The position numbers were made by a program, and so were the translations under genes. Positions 17,818-25,207 of a stretch of DNA of 25,207 bases are shown piece by piece (position 1 is the stretch's first letter; each line of letters opens with the position of its first letter). Source of the stretch: a virus (taxonomy: Duplodnaviria; Caudoviricetes); the IMG/VR virus record IMGVR_UViG_3300037851_000116, positions 1-25,207 of that record; one strand, given 5' to 3'. A model generated the notes under the pieces. It saw only the letters and a program-made list of their open reading frames with translations. It ran no database searches and was not told where the DNA came from.

Positions 17818-17845
17818 ACGATCCCTCCGTATCATGAACCGAGAT

Positions 17846-17891
17846 GGGGTTCCGGCCCGCGAATGCGCTTTGCACCGAAGGCCGGAACCCC
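17846..17891. other. Perfect 12-bp intergenic stem-loop
   Basis: GGGGTTCCGGCC-N22-GGCCGGAACCCC, with no U-tract on either strand. Confidence 0.6.
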
Positions 17892-17903
17892 GGCGTGGTG
17901 GGA

Positions 17904-18095
17904 TTATTCGGAGAAGGCGTCGATGTCGAACGACTCGACCTTGCCCGCGACGTAGACGTACACGCGCATGACGGCGAGCGCGAACCCGCCCTTGTCCGTG
18001 GCGACGATGGCGTGGTCGAGGTACTTCTTCTTCTTATCCTTGGCGGCGTTGCGGGCGAGCGTCTTGAGTTCGAGAAGGGTATAGATGCGTTCCAT
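17904..18095 (-). CDS. Hypothetical protein (~63 aa), first gene of the leftward operon
   Basis: GAGG RBS before ATG 18095; codon usage resembles the other genes. Confidence 0.65.
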   Translation of the reverse strand: MERIYTLLELKTLARNAAKDKKKKYLDHAIVATDKGGFALAVMRVYVYVAGKVESFDIDAFSE

Positions 18096-18260
18096 GTTCA
18101 ACCTCGCGGTTCAGAGTTTCGACCCCTTCGGGCGTCTCCCGTGGGGTCATGTTCGATGCGGTAACATTGTATCCAACCAGTCACCAGCCGGGCAATCACT
18201 ATTCCCTAACCCCAACTTACTCAACGGGTTAGGCGGCCTGAGATTTGCATGAGATTTCTG

Positions 18261-18290
18261 TTTACTCGGGGCGCCAAGGGGGTTTACTAT
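18261..18290 (+). promoter_or_regulatory. Candidate sigma70-type promoter in the divergent control region
   Basis: TTTACT-N18-TACTAT in the AT-richer intergenic region upstream of the plus-strand cluster. Confidence 0.35.
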
Positions 18291-18355
18291 GGTATAGGTT
18301 GGGTGTGGGGGTCGGGATGAGGATTTTCCTTCAATATAGAGAACGGAGGAACGCA

Positions 18356-18898
18356 ATGAAGAACGCACGACGCAACGCCAAGGCCACCGCTCCGGTGGAC
18401 ACACGCACCGAGGAACAGCGCGAAGCCGACTACGCCAACTTCGAGCGGCGCTACGTCCAGACGCAACTCGACGACTGCAAGTTGACGGCACCTGAGAACT
18501 TCATCGAAAACATGAACCCCACGGCGCTCGGCCTTGTTGCTCCGAGTGCACACGACGCTGCGTATCACCTGCCGCAACTCATCACGAGGGTTCGCAGCCT
18601 CGAACGCGACATGCGCGAGCTCGGCGACCGACTCGACAAGGAAGGACTCGCCGCTTCGCTCAACTCGCTCGGCGAGGTCCAGGGCCGGGCGACGGAGATC
18701 GACCGGCTGATCATCGTGATCTCGACGCTGGTGAACGCCAACCGCTTGCTCAACGTGGCCCGCGAACACACGCGCGAGCAGTTGATCGCCAAGCGCAACG
18801 CCGAGTGGAAGGCCGGGCAGGAGGCGAAGCATGGGATCGACCTCGCAATCGCCAAGGTCAAGGCCGCGTCCGCCAAGATCAAGGCCGCGTCCGAATAG
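18356..18898 (+). CDS. Hypothetical coiled-coil protein (180 aa)
   Basis: RBS GGAGGAACGCA-ATG; strongly biased codon usage. Confidence 0.75.
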   Translation: MKNARRNAKATAPVDTRTEEQREADYANFERRYVQTQLDDCKLTAPENFIENMNPTALGLVAPSAHDAAYHLPQLITRVRSLERDMRELGDRLDKEGLAASLNSLGEVQGRATEIDRLIIVISTLVNANRLLNVAREHTREQLIAKRNAEWKAGQEAKHGIDLAIAKVKAASAKIKAASE

Positions 18899-18975
18899 GT
18901 GACGGCGGCGGGCATCGGCCCGCCGTAAACCCCAGGCCCCGTCCGAAGGCGAGGGCCACAACCGAAAGGAACGCA

Positions 18976-19227
18976 ATGAACGCACAGAACGACTCGAACG
19001 CTTCCGCAAGTCGCGCAGCGGAACGCCAAGTGAATCAGCCGAGCATCGACGACCGTTTCATTGTGGTGGCGTGGCACGGCGAGGGCCGCACCTGCTACTA
19101 CATCGTGGAGCAGATGGAGCCTGAGGAGTTGTGGGAGGTCGCTGCTGGCTACACGAACGACCACGACGGCGCCGTGCAAGCCTGCCGCGAAATGAATCGC
19201 AGGTGGAAGGAGGGGGACGATGAGTAA
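18976..19227 (+). CDS. Hypothetical protein (83 aa)
   Basis: RBS GAAAGGAACGCA-ATG. Confidence 0.7.
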   Translation: MNAQNDSNASASRAAERQVNQPSIDDRFIVVAWHGEGRTCYYIVEQMEPEELWEVAAGYTNDHDGAVQACREMNRRWKEGDDE

Positions 19228-19447
19228 CTACATGGACTCCGATCCCAACGCCCCATTGTGCTACGACTGCAAGTACCGGGCGGCCGTGACCGACTCGGCG
19301 TTCTCGGCGTGCACCCATCGCACGGTGACGGGACGCACGGCGTTGGTCAAGTTCACCGTCCCCGCTGGCGAGTACGAGCGGTGGGAATTCCCACGCTCCT
19401 ACGATCCGATCTGGCTCGACGCTTGCGGATCGTTCGAACAGGTGTGA
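19220..19447 (+). CDS. Small Cys-rich protein (75 aa)
   Basis: CYDCKYR..CTH..FP..YDP.W...C..F; RBS GGAGG. Confidence 0.7.
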   Translation: MSNYMDSDPNAPLCYDCKYRAAVTDSAFSACTHRTVTGRTALVKFTVPAGEYERWEFPRSYDPIWLDACGSFEQV

Positions 19448-19546
19448 CTCTGATGTGGAACGGCTGGCTTGCAAGCATACTGCCCGAACAATGGCCCGAG
19501 CGGTGGGAGTTGTTCGAGGCGGTACGCAGGATCAGAGAGGTGCACG

Positions 19547-19726
19547 ATGCGATCCATCCGCAAGATCGACGGGCAGACCTACATCATGCGCGACCCGCGA
19601 CCAACCCGACAACTGCGCGTCCTGTGGCAAGCATTCTGCGAGAAGTACCATTCTTCGATGACCTTTCACCACTGGCTTGTGGAGCGTGGGAAGGTCTACA
19701 AGAGGATACGGAGGATGACGACATGA
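19547..19726 (+). CDS. Hypothetical protein (59 aa)
   Basis: GAGAGG RBS; stop overlaps the next ATG. Confidence 0.5.
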   Translation: MRSIRKIDGQTYIMRDPRPTRQLRVLWQAFCEKYHSSMTFHHWLVERGKVYKRIRRMTT

Positions 19727-20040
19727 CCAGACCCAACACGGCACTCAGCACCCCGAACCGCCACGACAACAAGTGCCCCGGGTGCAGCGGTGCTGGCAAG
19801 GCCGAACGGATCGAGTTCGTATGGGTGCGCCGCTGCACCGGATGCGGCGGCGTATTCACCGACGAAGCGATCACGCAGGAACAGGCACAGCGGATCGTGC
19901 CCAACCGCTTCTGTCTGCACGATGACAAGGAAACCCGAGACGTGGTCAAGTACTACGATCTGATCGTTGTCGGGTATCACGGCAACGACCGGTGGCACGG
20001 CTGGTATCATCCCGGCTGCGGTATCACGCAGACCGGGTAG
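19723..20040 (+). CDS. Zn-ribbon protein (105 aa)
   Basis: CPGC...CTGC; RBS GGAGG; ATGA overlap. Confidence 0.7.
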   Translation: MTRPNTALSTPNRHDNKCPGCSGAGKAERIEFVWVRRCTGCGGVFTDEAITQEQAQRIVPNRFCLHDDKETRDVVKYYDLIVVGYHGNDRWHGWYHPGCGITQTG

Positions 20041-20058
20041 GCGAAAGGAACGAACGCA

Positions 20059-20403
20059 ATGGACTTCCCGAGCGACTTCAGCAAGGACGAGGAGGCGGCC
20101 GCAAGGCCGCCCCTCGCCGGAGCGTGGACCAACCGCGCTCGCACCGCGAGCAACTACTTCTCGGCCCACGTGTCGTTGAAGCGACAGCTTCACGACTCGA
20201 ATCACCGCCCCGACTGCAAGTGCCTGATCCAGCAGGAGAACATCAAGAACTTCGCACGCGCATTCGCCATCGAGGCGTTCCTGTGGGATCGCGAACGCCG
20301 GGGACACGCACGCTGCCCCGGGTGCGGTGAGATCCTGGCGTGCGAATCAGATGCGATGTGCTTCGACTGTTACGAGGCCGATCTACTCGAACGGGGGTGC
20401 TGA
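20059..20403 (+). CDS. Hypothetical protein with C-terminal Zn finger (114 aa)
   Basis: CPGC...CFDC; RBS GAAAGGAACGAACGCA-ATG. Confidence 0.7.
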   Translation: MDFPSDFSKDEEAAARPPLAGAWTNRARTASNYFSAHVSLKRQLHDSNHRPDCKCLIQQENIKNFARAFAIEAFLWDRERRGHARCPGCGEILACESDAMCFDCYEADLLERGC

Positions 20404-20404
20404 G

Positions 20405-20728
20405 ATGACGACCCTGTGGATTGCCGCAGTCTCGGTGCTGATCCTGGTACTGTGCGCGATGGCGTTCATGGTCGAGTATCTTGCCGACCGGAGTTGGCGG
20501 CGGAAACACAACGCTGCCTTCCCAGGGGTCTACAGCCGTTGCTCCCGGTGCGGCGTGGGGTACGGCAAGGAACGCGGGATCGGTACGCTGTGCGACTCCT
20601 GCGTGGCGATCACCTACGCGCAACGTGGGAGCCGCGTGCTGTCGTCGGTGACGTGTTACTGGTGCGGTGAGCGGGATCTACACGCGGTCGATTGTCCTTG
20701 GAATACGGAGAGCGGGGTGAAGCGATGA
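20405..20728 (+). CDS. Membrane-anchored Zn-finger protein (107 aa)
   Basis: N-terminal TM helix, then CSRC..CDSC and CYWC..H...C. Confidence 0.65.
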   Translation: MTTLWIAAVSVLILVLCAMAFMVEYLADRSWRRKHNAAFPGVYSRCSRCGVGYGKERGIGTLCDSCVAITYAQRGSRVLSSVTCYWCGERDLHAVDCPWNTESGVKR

Positions 20729-20952
20729 CGCGCCTGATGTACGATCACTCGCCAGCCGCCGATGACTTCTACGTGAAGTGCTTGAAGTGCGGGGGGCGCG
20801 TTCGACTCTGCGACTCGATCATCGACCTCGACGGCCCGCCGTTCATGGCGTACTACTGTGCGCCGTGTGCTCCGGCTGATGCAATCGAACCGTGTCCGTT
20901 GATCGGGTGTCGCCGCTGGCATCGCGAGGAGGATCAACCGACCGACCGTTAG
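20725..20952 (+). CDS. Small Cys-rich Zn-finger protein (75 aa)
   Basis: CLKC...CAPC, C...GC..WH; ATGA overlap. Confidence 0.65.
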   Translation: MTRLMYDHSPAADDFYVKCLKCGGRVRLCDSIIDLDGPPFMAYYCAPCAPADAIEPCPLIGCRRWHREEDQPTDR

Positions 20953-20974
20953 CGTTCGCGGATCGGTCGGCGAG

Positions 20975-21009
20975 GGGGTCGGGCAGGGGTTGCCCGGCCC
21001 CTTCCGTTT
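20975..21009 (+). terminator. Probable intrinsic terminator of the plus-strand cluster
   Basis: GGGGTCGGGCA-N5-TGCCCGGCCCC stem followed by TTCCGTTT. Confidence 0.55.
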
Positions 21010-21296
21010 GGGCCACCCCAGGGGGTGGGGGTTGAAGGGTAAGGGGTCGTAGAGGCCCTAGGATGGGGGTCTAGGTGGGTGGGGGGGTATGGCTATATGG
21101 CCCGGCCTGAGAACTCGTCTCCCAGGGCCTCTACTTGAATCCAGGCGGTTCACCCCCAGGGGGTCGGAAATGGCCCTAGGAGGCGGTTTCCCCGGCAGGG
21201 CCGGGCGGTTATACCCCCCAACCCCCAAACCCGTCTCCTATGGCAGCTACTTGACGGTGGGGGGTACCCCTCGGGCCACCCCCACCCCCCACCCCC

Positions 21297-22211
21297 CTAC
21301 CCCTCGACCCCACCGGTCGACCCCCCGGCCCCGGCCTCGACCCCGAACGGCACGCGGCACCCGCGACCCACGCTGCCGGCGGTGCGCTTCAACACGAGTC
21401 CGTATTCATTCGGCTCGTCTGGTATCACAACACCCTCGCGCAGGATCAACCGGTTGCGAGCGAACGGGCGATAGTCAACCTTGTGTTGCGGACGGCCCCA
21501 CTTCCATTTCACGGTCACAACGTCGGGGTGCTGCTGCTGCAACGACAGCGCCATGCGCAGGCGTCCGTCATCCTTGTAGAGTTCGTCCGTGTTGCCGCCC
21601 GTCATGGCCATCGTCTCGACCTTGTCGGCAAGGAAGGCGCGCACCAGAAGCGTACACCATCCATCCTTCAACACGCGGATACACAGGTCGGTATCCTCGT
21701 TATACCTCCCGCGCCAGCGATGCGTGATCTTGTTCATGATGAGAAGGTTGCTGTAAACGCGAGTGTTGGCGATGAACGGACGCCTGATCTTGGAGGTCGG
21801 CGTGACGGCGGCGAAGAAGGTGTAGTGCATCCCGGCGATAGCCACATTGGTGTACCGGTCGGCGAAGTCCTCCACGACCCTGAACGGGGTGCCGTCCAGA
21901 ACCTGGATGCGCTGCGAGTTGTGGAAGCGTCGGAACCTCCTGATGTTGTCATCGAGAATCCAATGACGCTCTGCACCCTCCGAGATCGAGTGCTCCCATA
22001 TCCAGTTGCGTGCGGGAATCGAGCCGAGGCCGAGGTTGGAGAATGGCAACACGAGGATCTTCGCAGGGTCGATCACGGCGGCGTAGCTGTCGAACTCCTG
22101 CGGTTCGACCACAATACGATAGGGCACCCGAGTGTCCTCAAGCGCCCGCGCCGTCAGCCTGCTTTCCCATCGCCCTTTTGAGACGATGTAGATGGGATAG
22201 CGCGGATTCAT
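21297..22211 (-). CDS. TET-associated/GREB1-like glycosyltransferase (TAGT family), copy 2
   Basis: YPIYIVSKGR, IVVEPQE, ARNWIWEH, HWILDDNI, RYNEDTDL.IRVLK.GWCT, M.GGNT..LY, HKVDY..F. Confidence 0.85.
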   Translation of the reverse strand: MNPRYPIYIVSKGRWESRLTARALEDTRVPYRIVVEPQEFDSYAAVIDPAKILVLPFSNLGLGSIPARNWIWEHSISEGAERHWILDDNIRRFRRFHNSQRIQVLDGTPFRVVEDFADRYTNVAIAGMHYTFFAAVTPTSKIRRPFIANTRVYSNLLIMNKITHRWRGRYNEDTDLCIRVLKDGWCTLLVRAFLADKVETMAMTGGNTDELYKDDGRLRMALSLQQQHPDVVTVKWKWGRPQHKVDYRPFARNRLILREGVVIPDEPNEYGLVLKRTAGSVGRGCRVPFGVEAGAGGSTGGVEG

Positions 22212-22912
22212 TCCGCGTCCCCTACCTCCACGCTCTCATACCCGAGGGTGCGGAGTTCTTCGTCGGTCAACTGCGGGTACCAGATGAACTTGGCCCGGTC
22301 GCTGATCTTCTGCCCAACCGCCTGCTCGAATGCCGCAACATCCTCCCGCGTCTTGAAGTGGACGATGATCGAGCGCACCGCTTTCTGTTCCTGAACGAAC
22401 GAGGGCATCCCCTGCCATTCCTTGTCCACGTCCACCGGAACCGACTGGAAGTTCAGCATGTCGCGCAGCGCGTTGGCATCGGCGTTCATCTGCGCGAGCA
22501 TGATCTGATTGATGCCCATTGCCTCCAACTCGCCGTTCTGCAACTCGCTCACCCACTTCTCGGTGAACACGGTGAAGTCCCAGGTGCCGCCATCGAGGTT
22601 CGCCTTCACGTTCGCCGCAGCGCACTTCTCGGGCGACCAGCGCACCGCGCGATACGCATACCGCTCCCCACGCCACTCGATGTAGCCGATGGCGACCGTA
22701 CCGGTACGGGTCGGGGGATCGAACGTTGCCGTAATGACTGGTTCGATCTTGCTCCCAAACACCTTCGCCCGCTGATTGCCGCCGATCCATTCGTCGCTGT
22801 TGAGATCGTGAACGATCCCGCCGAGATCGCCAAGCTGTTCGAGGTCTTGGGAGAGTTGCGCGAACGCTATGTCCGTGATCTTGCGCGGGTTCCTGCTGAA
22901 AGGCTGAGTCAT
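22208..22912 (-). CDS. ParB/sulfiredoxin-like N-terminal domain protein associated with TAGT
   Basis: NPRKIT..F..L..DL..LGDLGGIV, IGGNQR, NV.AN..GG.WD; C-terminal EWQGMPSF..SIIVHF..GQKI..IWYP; ATGA coupling to TAGT. Confidence 0.75.
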   Translation of the reverse strand: MTQPFSRNPRKITDIAFAQLSQDLEQLGDLGGIVHDLNSDEWIGGNQRAKVFGSKIEPVITATFDPPTRTGTVAIGYIEWRGERYAYRAVRWSPEKCAAANVKANLDGGTWDFTVFTEKWVSELQNGELEAMGINQIMLAQMNADANALRDMLNFQSVPVDVDKEWQGMPSFVQEQKAVRSIIVHFKTREDVAAFEQAVGQKISDRAKFIWYPQLTDEELRTLGYESVEVGDAE

Positions 22913-22997
22913 TCCTGTCCTCCGTTACGGGACGGGGATGCGTCGCGCAGAGGCCAACGGAGGCAAGCACTCTGCAACGACGACATCCCCATCACCA

Positions 22998-23915
22998 TCA
23001 CCTTCTGATTCGTTCCGCTTCGATGTACGCCGCCTCAATCGCCGTATCAGTATCTCCGGTGAAGGATAGGAGACCACCATACGATGACCAGCGGGTCAGG
23101 ATCGAATCGCGCCATGCCGTGTGTTGAGCTCGCACGCTGGCAAGGTTCGAAGAGTACTGCTGCCACCGGACCATTGCATCCGAAAACGAACCGAGCGGCG
23201 ATTGCTCGGCACCTTCGAGCATGACAGGAGGCGGTGCATTCCAGTCGCCATTGGCGATCACAGCGAACGGCACGCGCTGGCCGTTCTTCTTGAACACGCG
23301 CCGAGCGATCCGTAGACCCCTCTGCATGTTGTCCCGGTAGGTGGAGCGGGTCGCTGCATCCACCTGTTCGTAACTCGCCCCACGACCGGCGAACATCCAC
23401 GGCTGCAAGTCGGGAAAGAACACATCCCAAAACGCCGCCGCCTGTGGTCCGATGGAACGCAGTTGCGCCCGCGCCAACCTCTCGGCTCGCGTCGAGTCGA
23501 TTACCGACCAGTTGAGGAGGTAGCGGTCGCCACCGTAGTAGGCATAGAACGCCGTGTCCTTTTCGGTCGGGACCAGATACGCGTCCCACTCCGCAAGCAC
23601 GGTGTCCGCGACGAACGACCACCACACGCCACGCCACTCGCCACGCGCCACCTGCGGTTGCACGTCATGGACGTTGAAGTACCCGACCACACCCTTGCCC
23701 GCTGTGCGCAGTTTCTGCACCGCTTCCGGCGAGTAGTCTACTGGCACGACGGCGAGATCGAAGCAACACGGCGTGCCCTCCGCTACGATCCGGTCCATGT
23801 CAGCGGGTTGCAGGTGTCGGAGGAGAATGGTCGGCCTCGCAGACGGTAGGCAGGAGAGAACCCATGACGCTGCCACCAGCACTACGAGGCCGACGATCAC
23901 GCGATTCACTTGCAC
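22998..23915 (-). CDS. Secreted or membrane-anchored glycoside hydrolase-like (TIM-barrel) protein
   Basis: N-terminal hydrophobic signal ending VLSC; FDLAVV, VQKLR.AGK.VVGYFN, AAFWD and VIANG resemble GH114/GHL-type barrels. Confidence 0.55.
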   Translation of the reverse strand: MQVNRVIVGLVVLVAASWVLSCLPSARPTILLRHLQPADMDRIVAEGTPCCFDLAVVPVDYSPEAVQKLRTAGKGVVGYFNVHDVQPQVARGEWRGVWWSFVADTVLAEWDAYLVPTEKDTAFYAYYGGDRYLLNWSVIDSTRAERLARAQLRSIGPQAAAFWDVFFPDLQPWMFAGRGASYEQVDAATRSTYRDNMQRGLRIARRVFKKNGQRVPFAVIANGDWNAPPPVMLEGAEQSPLGSFSDAMVRWQQYSSNLASVRAQHTAWRDSILTRWSSYGGLLSFTGDTDTAIEAAYIEAERIRR

Positions 23916-24196
23916 CCCTTCGCCGTCGTCAACGCCGAAGCCGCGACGCGCTTAACGACTGTCTTGGAAAGCGTCGGGAACTGAGACGCAAGCGCCTTCG
24001 CGATCTCCTCGATCAACTTCGCCTCATCCCACGACGGGTAGGCTTGATACAGGCTCCCAGCGATGTCGCCTGCGATGGTGGCGATGCGTCGAGCGAAGTC
24101 GCCCTTGCGCCGTTCGTTCAACCACCGGACCACGAATGGAAACACCAGCACCGTGAGCACGGTCTTGATGATCTCCTGGATATCCGAACCCATCAT
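23906..24196 (-). CDS. Holin-like protein (96 aa)
   Basis: Single N-terminal TM helix, basic stretch and amphipathic helices (LL-H-like layout); RBS GAAGGAGG. Confidence 0.55.
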   Translation of the reverse strand: MMGSDIQEIIKTVLTVLVFPFVVRWLNERRKGDFARRIATIAGDIAGSLYQAYPSWDEAKLIEEIAKALASQFPTLSKTVVKRVAASALTTAKGCK

Positions 24197-24432
24197 GCCT
24201 CCTTCAACACCGCGTGATTGTTGCACCCCACGGTGGGGCACACAACCTGCACGGCGCTATCCGTTTCCGGCACCACGTTCGCCTGACGACCGCAGCCGAG
24301 GCAGTACCAGATGTTGTTGCCTTCGCCAATGAAGTCCCACGCCGAACCGTTCAACCGCCTGCCGCGATGTTGCGGCTTCGACGGTACGGCGTACTCGCCC
24401 ACCTTCTTGTTCTGCCGTTCTGCCCATCCCAT
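24193..24432 (-). CDS. Small Zn-ribbon protein (79 aa)
   Basis: CLGC...CPTVGC; coupled to both neighbours. Confidence 0.6.
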   Translation of the reverse strand: MGWAERQNKKVGEYAVPSKPQHRGRRLNGSAWDFIGEGNNIWYCLGCGRQANVVPETDSAVQVVCPTVGCNNHAVLKEA

Positions 24433-25207
24433 CACAGTTTCCCTGACTTGATGTTGCGGAAGTAGATGTAGGGTGAGCCGCCGAATGTCGAGAGACCATC
24501 CACGTTGCCGAACACGAGGTACTCCATGTCCTTCGAGTCGGGATGAATCGTGATGGTCTTTTCGCGCGAGACGGTGCCCACGGTCGTTTTCATGTAGAGG
24601 TGCGTCGAGTCTGTGCGCCTCCACTCGAGCCGAATCGTGGTCCACGTCTTGACGATGATGGGCACGGAGAGCGGCCAGATATCGCAGACGATATCCTTGA
24701 CCCCTCCACGGTCGTACCATGCGTTGCCCGCTGCGTCCGAGTTGTAGGTGTTGATCCGCCAACCGTCCGTGCGGATTGTGAGGTCTGGACGGAGCCACCC
24801 GCTGTGCGGTCGTCCGTCGCCAAGGTACTCGGAGTAGGAAGTCGGGCCACCCATGTGCTTCCCGCCTCCGGTGCCCGGCACTTGTTCCGTGGCGATGTAG
24901 TAGTCAAACGAGATCCAACCCCTGCCCCATCGTTCGTCGGGTGCGCCGAGTTGACGGAACGCCTGCGCGTTGGAACGCATAATGCCGTAGCCTGCGGGAT
25001 CGGTGAGGAAGTTGTCGTACTCGTCGCCGCACCAGTTCAGCCAGAAGCCACCGAGGGCATCGGCACCCACGAAGCATGTGCCGGGAGGGGGCGGAGGGGG
25101 CGGCGGGGGCGGGGGCGGCGGAGGAGGGTCCGGTGCGGTCGGGAGCATGTCGAGCGAGTCGAGCACCGTGTATACGCGCGCGTTGATCTGTGCGTCGATC
25201 GCGTCCT
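24432..25207 (-). CDS. Partial protein: poly-Pro linker plus a C-terminal beta-sandwich (polysaccharide-lyase/lectin-like) domain
   Basis: Frame stays open to the window edge; long Pro tract; WISFDYY...GGGKHMGG and W.TIRLEW resemble jelly-roll lyase motifs. Confidence 0.55.
   Translation of the reverse strand, partial: DAIDAQINARVYTVLDSLDMLPTAPDPPPPPPPPPPPPPPPGTCFVGADALGGFWLNWCGDEYDNFLTDPAGYGIMRSNAQAFRQLGAPDERWGRGWISFDYYIATEQVPGTGGGKHMGGPTSYSEYLGDGRPHSGWLRPDLTIRTDGWRINTYNSDAAGNAWYDRGGVKDIVCDIWPLSVPIIVKTWTTIRLEWRRTDSTHLYMKTTVGTVSREKTITIHPDSKDMEYLVFGNVDGLSTFGGSPYIYFRNIKSGKL

Noticed and set aside
44-17971. Many long plus-strand ORFs opposite the minus-strand genes
   Set aside because: Antisense shadow ORFs typical of high-GC DNA, with no motifs or RBS.
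18195-18210. Possible self-target of an array unit (ATCACT... versus triplets ATC ACT TCT TTC CTA)
   Set aside because: Only the first two triplets match, which is not distinguishable from chance.
18854-18893. Tandem duplication AAGRTCAAGGCCGCGTCCG x2
   Set aside because: Simple in-frame duplication (KVKAAS/KIKAAS) at a protein C-terminus.
25083-25130. G-rich repeat at the right end
   Set aside because: Explained by poly-proline codons on the minus strand.

Overview
High-GC tailed-phage (Caudoviricetes-like) genome segment. Most genes are on the minus strand. Read right to left they are: a Pro-linker/carbohydrate-active protein (partial), a small Zn protein, a holin-like gene, a secreted glycoside-hydrolase-like gene, and a ParB-like plus TAGT/GREB1-type glycosyltransferase pair. 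Next comes a plus-strand island of small Cys-rich genes flanked by G/C-run-rich intergenic DNA. The minus strand then resumes with DUF932, YqaJ exonuclease, a putative annealase, a DUF1376/YdaU-like replication initiator, a second TAGT, a solo Cas7/RAMP-like gene, VRR-NUC, terminases, a portal-MuF fusion, prohead protease, and two apparently paralogous capsid genes. The standout is the solo RAMP/Cas7-like gene (9634-10371) directly followed by a ~365-nt non-CRISPR array of 13 units. The array has strict 5-nt periodicity (NNN-GG on +, NNN-CC on the gene strand) and GTCGC/GCGAC unit boundaries. It is a candidate phage-encoded RNA-guided system. All family calls come from motif recognition by eye, without database searches.
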